A stretch of 32,000 nucleotides of DNA, from the NCBI GenBank assembly GCA_964354495.1, contig CAYHAA010000010.1, forward strand, positions 30,001 through 62,000, given 5' to 3'. The notes under the pieces are model-generated. The model ran no database searches, was not told where the DNA came from, and saw only the letters and a program-made list of their open reading frames with translations. The DNA comes from an uncultured archaeon. Lineage in GTDB: Archaea > Asgardarchaeota > Thorarchaeia > Thorarchaeales > Thorarchaeaceae. The first letter of the stretch is position 1. Each line of letters begins with the position of its first letter. Positions 25,997 through 32,000 of this stretch are shown here, piece by piece. Made by a program: the position numbers and the translations under genes.

Positions 25997-27226
25997 TTGG
26001 CAAGAGCAACCAAAGCATCTTATGTTGTTCTGGCGGCATGCATTATATCACATTTTATGAATCACATCTATACCGGAGTACTGTCACCCTTTCTAGAGAT
26101 CATTCAGTCAGAACTCGGCATCAGCTATACTATGATAGGTGTGGTTGCAAGCGCGGCAGTCCTCTCTATGACCATAGCACATCTCTTAGTTGGATATCTC
26201 GTGGACAGAGGATACCGCGACATATTCATCTCAATCAGTATTCTTGGCGCAGCCTTTGCAACACTTTTGACCAGCTATGCTCAGGACTTTGTATTCCTCA
26301 CCATATTTCAACTCTTTCTCGGAGTCGGAACCTCAGGATATCATCCGAGCTCATCTCCAGCACTGACTGAGATGTTCCCCAAGTCAGATCGGGCAAAGGC
26401 CATGGGCATTCAAGCAATGGGGGGCCTTGTGGGGATGGCAGTTACCCCCTTTCTCTGTGTGACATTGCTTGTTGTAATGAATTCATGGCAAGGAGTGCTC
26501 CGAGTCACAGCAATCTTTGGCTTTGCGGTGTTCATCCCGACACTGCTATTGATGAGAAGTTCATCTGTGAAGACCAGAGAAACAAGAATAGAGAGTTTGA
26601 ATCTCGAGGGACCAGATGGCTGGACAAAGAACTTTTGGGCAATGATGGTTGTCACAGGTCTGCGCGGAATGGCATTCAGATGCACGACTCTTCTAATGCC
26701 ACTTTACCTGGTCGTCACATATGGTGCTAGTACTGTTTCTGCAGGGGTTCTCACTGCGATCATGCTGACAGCCGGGCTGTTTGCAGAAGTAGTTTCATCC
26801 ATTCTCTCAGATAGATTACATAACCGAGTAGTGTTTCTCGTTATCTCGACAGGATTTGCAACACCAGCCATTCTGCTGCTGAACTTTTCATTAGAGCCAA
26901 TTCTACTGATGCTAGTCCTGATAGCCATTGGTTTCTTTTTCTTCCTGGGAGACCCAGCATTCACGGCACTTCAGACTGAGATTTCCCCCAGTAAATCACG
27001 GGGTATTGCCTTTGGGCTCATCTTCTCAGTTGGCGCATTACCCGGTGCAATTGCGCCCATTATCTTCGGGCTTATTGGTGACCTCTACGGGCTTGCCGCG
27101 TCCATACTGTTTCTTGTGTTCACTACTTTCCTTGCCACGGTTTTCTCCCTCTTTCTCAAGAATGATAAGTCCTACCTAGTGAGAGACTCTATTTCCATGC
27201 CAGAGGGTGTTATACCGCCTCCGTGA
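25997..27226 (+). CDS. MFS transporter
   Basis: About 12 TMs, GYLVDRG and SDRLHNR loop motifs, and YHP...ALTEMFPKSDRAKAMG. Confidence 0.9.
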   Translation: MARATKASYVVLAACIISHFMNHIYTGVLSPFLEIIQSELGISYTMIGVVASAAVLSMTIAHLLVGYLVDRGYRDIFISISILGAAFATLLTSYAQDFVFLTIFQLFLGVGTSGYHPSSSPALTEMFPKSDRAKAMGIQAMGGLVGMAVTPFLCVTLLVVMNSWQGVLRVTAIFGFAVFIPTLLLMRSSSVKTRETRIESLNLEGPDGWTKNFWAMMVVTGLRGMAFRCTTLLMPLYLVVTYGASTVSAGVLTAIMLTAGLFAEVVSSILSDRLHNRVVFLVISTGFATPAILLLNFSLEPILLMLVLIAIGFFFFLGDPAFTALQTEISPSKSRGIAFGLIFSVGALPGAIAPIIFGLIGDLYGLAASILFLVFTTFLATVFSLFLKNDKSYLVRDSISMPEGVIPPP

Positions 27227-27279
27227 ACATCCCTTCACGTATAGACAGTCTGAAATAACACGATTCTCGCCACAATACC

Positions 27280-28161
27280 ATGCAGGACTATCATGTTCAT
27301 CCGAATTACTCCATTGATGCTGAAGGGAGTGTGGAGGACTTCTGCGAGGCCGCATTGCAGAGAGGAATCAAAGAGATTGCCTTTACGACTCATCTTGATA
27401 CAGACATGACAACCGATGATTGCCATGTGGTTGTAAGAGGTAAGAGGATGGACACACTCTCGGGTGAATGGCTGGAGAACTATGAGGCAACCATTAGAGC
27501 AGCACATGACACATACAAAGAGAAAGGACTTCGGGTTCTTCTGGGAGTAGAAGTAGACTACATCGATGACCTAGAGAGTGTACTTCCTGAGCAGTTCTAT
27601 TCAACGGACTTTGATATTGTCCTCGGCTCGACGCATCTTATCGATCACAGTGCAATATCCGCTGGAGATCGTGCTGAAGATACTTTCAAGAGATACTCCC
27701 TGGAGGAACTAGGAGAGGCATACTACACTCACTTGCTGAGGGCAATAGAAACAGGGCTGTTTGACATAATGGCCCACCTTGACCTCTATCGAAGATTCGG
27801 GCAAGTCTTCTATGGAGAGGGAATTCGGGATATCTGGAAACCATATCTTAAGGACCTGGCCAATGCAATGAAGAGGCACAATGTGGGGTTTGAGGTGAAT
27901 ACGTCGCCTCTAAGGACAGGACAGGATGAGCCCATGCCAGAGGAGAACATCATTAGGGCGCTCAAGAGAGCAGGGGTTTCGAATGTCACTACTGGATCTG
28001 ATGCACATAGACCAAGCGATGTTGGCGCGGGAATTGTAGAGGCCACGAATCTGCTCAAGAAGGTAGGATACTCGACTATCACAACATTCAATCGGCGAAG
28101 ACCCGGAACGCAGAAAATACCGAAGACAGCGGGAGGAAACAAAAGAGAATTATCTCCGTGA
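27280..28161 (+). CDS. PHP-family phosphatase (HisJ-type histidinol-phosphatase-like)
   Basis: DYHVH, GIKEIAFTTH, LGVEVDY, MAHLD, FEVNTS and GSDAH. Confidence 0.88.
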   Translation: MQDYHVHPNYSIDAEGSVEDFCEAALQRGIKEIAFTTHLDTDMTTDDCHVVVRGKRMDTLSGEWLENYEATIRAAHDTYKEKGLRVLLGVEVDYIDDLESVLPEQFYSTDFDIVLGSTHLIDHSAISAGDRAEDTFKRYSLEELGEAYYTHLLRAIETGLFDIMAHLDLYRRFGQVFYGEGIRDIWKPYLKDLANAMKRHNVGFEVNTSPLRTGQDEPMPEENIIRALKRAGVSNVTTGSDAHRPSDVGAGIVEATNLLKKVGYSTITTFNRRRPGTQKIPKTAGGNKRELSP

Positions 28162-28185
28162 TGTGTCTGAACCCCCGGTGATATC

Positions 28186-28611
28186 TTGAGAAACGCTAAG
28201 GCATTCGTTCTGTGTGTTATCGGCGGTCTATTGATGATATATGCAGGTGCCGTAGGCAGTGTTGGCATCTGGGAAGAATTGATACTCCTAGCACAATCTC
28301 TAGCCCCAGAATTCGCGCAAATTCTGTCCTATATCCTGTTCATCTTGACGAACATAGCCACCATGGGCGGTGTTGCGGTAATAATAGGCGCAATCCTGCT
28401 TACAACTAATAGAGTTGGAACTGGAAAGTTCATCATTGGGATTGCAGCAGGGATGGGAATCATTGGTTTCATAATACTTGTATACAATATGTATTTGGCA
28501 ATCGGTTTTGCTGCCCTATTGGAGATCTACAATCTGCTCTCCAACTCCATGGAAATTCTTGGAGTGGTTCTAACAATAGTAGGAAGAATGATGGCCAAGA
28601 AACCTGAATAG
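28186..28611 (+). CDS. Small Gly-rich 4-TM membrane protein, function unknown
   Basis: Four hydrophobic segments, located within a + strand gene run. Confidence 0.8.
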   Translation: MRNAKAFVLCVIGGLLMIYAGAVGSVGIWEELILLAQSLAPEFAQILSYILFILTNIATMGGVAVIIGAILLTTNRVGTGKFIIGIAAGMGIIGFIILVYNMYLAIGFAALLEIYNLLSNSMEILGVVLTIVGRMMAKKPE

Positions 28612-28656
28612 GTCGCTTCTGGGGAATCATTGACCGGAATGAGCTGATGCAACTCT

Positions 28657-29298
28657 GTGATAGACTTGACCGAGAAAGATGAGAACACCATTCAGAAGGT
28701 TGTGAAACTACTAGAAGATGGGCTCTTCAAGGAGGCAATCGAAGAGATCCGCTTGTTTCTGAAGACGCAACCAGAGTCCATTGAGGGATGGTATAACCTA
28801 GGTTATGCACTCATAGAGAATGGCGAATATGATGAAGCAATCAGGGCGTATGATGAGGCACTGGCCATCGATAATGGCATCTTCGCCCTCTGGTTCAACA
28901 AGGGAACTGCACTCTATGACCAAATGGATTTCGAGAAAGCTAGAGAGTGCTACGAGAGAGCTCTCGAGATTGACCCGAACGATCCTGAAGCGTGGAATAA
29001 CCTTGGCAATTGCTTCTCAAGGCTTGCAAATGGAAGAGCTGCAATCGAGGCATATACCAGAGCAGTGGCTCTGAAACCCGACTATGCCGAGGCATTCTAT
29101 AACAAGGCAAATGCACACTTCATCGAGGAGGAGGATGAGAGAGCGATTGCGTATGCCGAAGTTGCCGTTCAACTGGACCCGAAATTGGCAGAGAGAGTTG
29201 GTCAATGGATTAACGTTTCAAGGAATAGGCTGATTTCACAGAGAGACCAAGAGGAGCACGAGAAGAGAGTGAGGCAGCGCTCCAAGCAAAAGGATTGA
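28657..29298 (+). CDS. TPR-repeat protein
   Basis: Repeated WYNLG/WFNKG/WNNLG/FYNKA...A...Y..AL TPR units. Confidence 0.9.
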   Translation: MIDLTEKDENTIQKVVKLLEDGLFKEAIEEIRLFLKTQPESIEGWYNLGYALIENGEYDEAIRAYDEALAIDNGIFALWFNKGTALYDQMDFEKARECYERALEIDPNDPEAWNNLGNCFSRLANGRAAIEAYTRAVALKPDYAEAFYNKANAHFIEEEDERAIAYAEVAVQLDPKLAERVGQWINVSRNRLISQRDQEEHEKRVRQRSKQKD

Positions 29299-29341
29299 TG
29301 CATTCATCAGACCTAAAAGGAGCAACAACTCCCTCAACATC

Positions 29342-29896
29342 ATGATTCCGGGTTTGGTTCCTCAAGAGGCTGCTGAAGGGTTCAGTCCGCCCTACAAGTA
29401 CATCATACTGATAACAGCTCTCATCACCGTTGGCGGAATCATTGCAGCGTGGCTCGGTGGACAAGGCATTCTTCCCATTAATCCTGCAGTCACCCTAGGT
29501 TTCACCATTCTTGCGGCTACAGTCGTAGTCTGCTGCGCCGCTGTAATAATGCAGGGCACATACGTTTCACGAATGGTGCACTATGGCGAGATGGAGATTA
29601 GATTCGAAGAGGGTAAGACCCATTTTGATAATGAGGAATGGGAAAATGCACTCCTCATCTTCACAGAGCTGGCAGGACCAAAGATGGATCACAAGCGGGC
29701 AACATACTATGCGGCATGCTGCTACGAGAAGCTCAGCGACTTGGAGAATGTCAAGAAATACACCAAGGCATACCTTGGTATGAAACCAAGAGATGCTGAA
29801 GCCTGGGAGATGCTAGCCCGTTCTCATAAGCGCCTATTCGAGTATGAAGAGGCACAACATGCACAGGCACAGGCCGAGAGATTCCTGAAAAGCTAG
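29342..29896 (+). CDS. Protein with two TM segments and cytosolic TPR-like helices
   Basis: Two hydrophobic segments, followed by EEGKTHFDNEEWENAL and DAEAWEMLARS. Confidence 0.8.
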   Translation: MIPGLVPQEAAEGFSPPYKYIILITALITVGGIIAAWLGGQGILPINPAVTLGFTILAATVVVCCAAVIMQGTYVSRMVHYGEMEIRFEEGKTHFDNEEWENALLIFTELAGPKMDHKRATYYAACCYEKLSDLENVKKYTKAYLGMKPRDAEAWEMLARSHKRLFEYEEAQHAQAQAERFLKS

Positions 29897-29934
29897 ATGC
29901 CTCTTGAAGGGGCCTCAAATTCCTCGAGAGGGAC

Positions 29935-30861
29935 CTATTTTGAGGCAAGAATCGGATTACGCAGAAATCCTATGTTCTCGATGTATTGCTCCACTTCATC
30001 TCCAGGCTTGAGAAACTCAGGTGGGTTCCTTGCGAAACCTACTCCTGAGGGAGTACCCGTAGCTATTACGTCTCCGGGTTCGAGAGTGAATGATCTGGAG
30101 AGATGAGAGACAATCTGAGGAACGTTGAACATCATACTAGAAGTTGACGAATCCTGTTTTGTCACACCGTTTACCTTTGTCATCAGCTTGAGCCCGGATC
30201 CATCCCCTAGGGCATCTCTTGTAACGATACAGGGCCCCATGGGGCAGAAATCGTCTAGTGATTTCGAACGAACAAACTGACCATCACTGTGCTGAAGGTC
30301 TCGAGCGCTCACGTCGTTGATGATTGTGTAACCTGCAATGTGGTCCAAGGATTGCTTCTCATTGACATCCTTACATGCTCGGCCAATAACGACTGCGAGT
30401 TCGACCTCCCAGTCGATTTCTTTTGATATCCTTGGGATGTGTATTGGGTCGTTGGGTCCAATCACACATGAGGGAAACTTGGCAAAGATCAGTGGGAACT
30501 TTGGAATCTCAGAGCCAGTCTCCTTGATGTGTTCAAGATAGTTCCGTCCAAGCGCCACAATCTTCCCGGGCCTCTGGATTGGTGCTTCTAAGGTCACAGA
30601 ACTAAGATCGCGGGTGAGGGGTCGCTCGCCGCGAGGTGCCTGTTCATAACGCTCCACAATCTGACGAACAACCTCAATGCCTGACTCCCAATTCAGAAGG
30701 TCCAGCATGGTTGTTGGAAAACTCTGACCACGCACGTGATACTTTCTACCGAAGTGTGAGGCAGCGTCCGGTATGTCAAGTATGTCAGACTCTAGGTGCA
30801 CACCAATAGATGGCACTCCCATTCGAGAATATGTGACCAATCGCATGGCTTCATAGGTCAA
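29935..30861 (-). CDS. Fumarylacetoacetate hydrolase-family protein
   Basis: KIVALGRNY, DWEVELAVVIG, NDVSARD, KSLDDFCPMGP and TGTPSGVG. Confidence 0.93.
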   Translation of the reverse strand: MTYEAMRLVTYSRMGVPSIGVHLESDILDIPDAASHFGRKYHVRGQSFPTTMLDLLNWESGIEVVRQIVERYEQAPRGERPLTRDLSSVTLEAPIQRPGKIVALGRNYLEHIKETGSEIPKFPLIFAKFPSCVIGPNDPIHIPRISKEIDWEVELAVVIGRACKDVNEKQSLDHIAGYTIINDVSARDLQHSDGQFVRSKSLDDFCPMGPCIVTRDALGDGSGLKLMTKVNGVTKQDSSTSSMMFNVPQIVSHLSRSFTLEPGDVIATGTPSGVGFARNPPEFLKPGDEVEQYIENIGFLRNPILASK

Positions 30862-30910
30862 ACCAACTCATTTATTCGTAATGGTAGTAGACTCTGATTG
30901 GTGTTAGCAC

Positions 30911-31240
30911 ATGACTGATGAGCCAACCCTAGCAGACCTGCCAGATGAAGTGTTTGTTCCCCTTGGTCAAAGAGGCATGGAGGGCATACCTCTAAAGGAC
31001 TGCATGTATGAGTGCGATGGAAAGGAACTGCGCCTACTCAGTTTCAGCAAGGACAGAAACACTCTGAGTGGCAAGGGAGTAGAAAAAGTCATTGAAGACT
31101 GGCTTGTGGAGTGTACTACGTGTGGCAAGTCTTTCACAATCAGATGTCATGTGAGGTATGCAGAGGGAGAAAAGATAGATACAAGAGTAGACATCGTAGA
31201 TGATACTGGTAAGAATCTCGGCTGGTTGGGAAGCTATTAG
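30911..31240 (+). CDS. Hypothetical probable Zn-binding protein
   Basis: CMYEC and CTTC motifs in a 109-aa ORF. Confidence 0.75.
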   Translation: MTDEPTLADLPDEVFVPLGQRGMEGIPLKDCMYECDGKELRLLSFSKDRNTLSGKGVEKVIEDWLVECTTCGKSFTIRCHVRYAEGEKIDTRVDIVDDTGKNLGWLGSY

Positions 31241-31250
31241 GTGAGCTACA

Positions 31251-32000
31251 TTGACTCGAACCTACAAGATATCCGTTCTTCCGGGTGATGGCATCGGTCG
31301 CGAAGTAATCCCCCAAGCAGTTCGCGTACTTCGCGCTGTTGAGGAGGTTGTGGGAGGCTTTCAGATCAACCTTCATGAATTCGAATGCGGCGGAGAATAC
31401 TATCTCAGAGAGAAACGAGAATGGTCACAAGAAGCAGAGGATTTCACGAAGAAGGATGCGGATGCAGTTCTATTCGGTGCGATTGGTGCAGTCAATTCAG
31501 ATGGAAGTAGTGTGCAACTTCCAGATGGAAACCTGGCAGGATATAGTATAGCGATAGGTCTTCGAACGGAGCTCGATTTGTATGCCAATGTCAGACCGGT
31601 CAAACTCTATGAAGGCGTATGGACTCCTCTCAGTCAAAAGAGACCTCAAGACATTGACATGACTATAGTCCGTGAGAACACAGAGGGGCTCTACTCGCCA
31701 ACCCGAGGTACTCTCAGAAGAGGGGGAATATCCGAGCTGGCAATTGATACAAGAGTGATAACGAGGAAGGGTTCCGAGAGAGTGATACGATATGCCTATC
31801 AGCTTGCTGCTGAAAGTCATGGCGCTCCCGAAGATGGTCTCAAGAGAGTCACCTGTGTCGACAAGAGCAATCTGCTTGCAGGTTGCCAACTCTTCAGAAG
31901 CGTATTCGATGAGATTGGCGTCGAGTATCCAGGAATTGAAAAGGACTATGCGTATGTTGACGCTTGGACTCAGTGGTGCCTCAGGAAACCTGAGCATTAC
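31251..32000 (+). CDS. Isocitrate/isopropylmalate dehydrogenase-family protein (3'-truncated; absent from the ORF track)
   Basis: My translation from the TTG at 31251 (after AGGTGA): MTRTYKISVLPGDGIGREVI...LFGAIG...LRTELDLYANVRP...IVRENTEGLY...VDKSN...YVDAW. The frame is open to the window end. Confidence 0.92.
   Translation, partial: MTRTYKISVLPGDGIGREVIPQAVRVLRAVEEVVGGFQINLHEFECGGEYYLREKREWSQEAEDFTKKDADAVLFGAIGAVNSDGSSVQLPDGNLAGYSIAIGLRTELDLYANVRPVKLYEGVWTPLSQKRPQDIDMTIVRENTEGLYSPTRGTLRRGGISELAIDTRVITRKGSERVIRYAYQLAAESHGAPEDGLKRVTCVDKSNLLAGCQLFRSVFDEIGVEYPGIEKDYAYVDAWTQWCLRKPEHY

Noticed and set aside
29298-29345. 15-codon ORF (MHSSDLKGATTPSTS) overlapping the stop of one TPR gene and the start of the next
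   Set aside because: It is too short to distinguish from chance, and there is no slippery site to support a frameshifted N-terminus.

Overview
A densely coding, mostly housekeeping and metabolic window with no rRNA, tRNA, CRISPR array or transposase that I can support. An archaeal source is inferred from the thiolase-DUF35 pair, an Lrp regulator, GGTGA/GAGGT ribosome-binding sites before TTG/GTG starts, and sequon-rich membrane-anchored surface proteins. An Asgard archaeon (possibly Thorarchaeota) is my best guess but is unverified. About 26 genes are present. The most unusual signals are: (1) a P2-scaffold P-type ATPase whose ion-binding residues are replaced (TM4 PINIP for PEGLP, resembling the PISL of P4 lipid flippases; TM6 Asn/Asp changed to Val/His); (2) a 5'-truncated protein with at least 21 tandem NUMOD3-like repeats fused to an HNH domain; (3) a surface protein whose frame continues through a TGA, giving a potential UxxC motif followed by its membrane anchor; (4) a subtilase with site-1-protease-like architecture; (5) a PH-GRAM-like protein; (6) a thiolase lacking its catalytic Cys; (7) a roughly 16-TM pseudo-histidine-kinase; and (8) a kinase-M23-aminotransferase fusion with an Lrp regulator and a divergent glutamine synthetase. 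All family calls come from motif recognition by eye. No database search was run, and eukaryotic reference motifs are quoted from memory.
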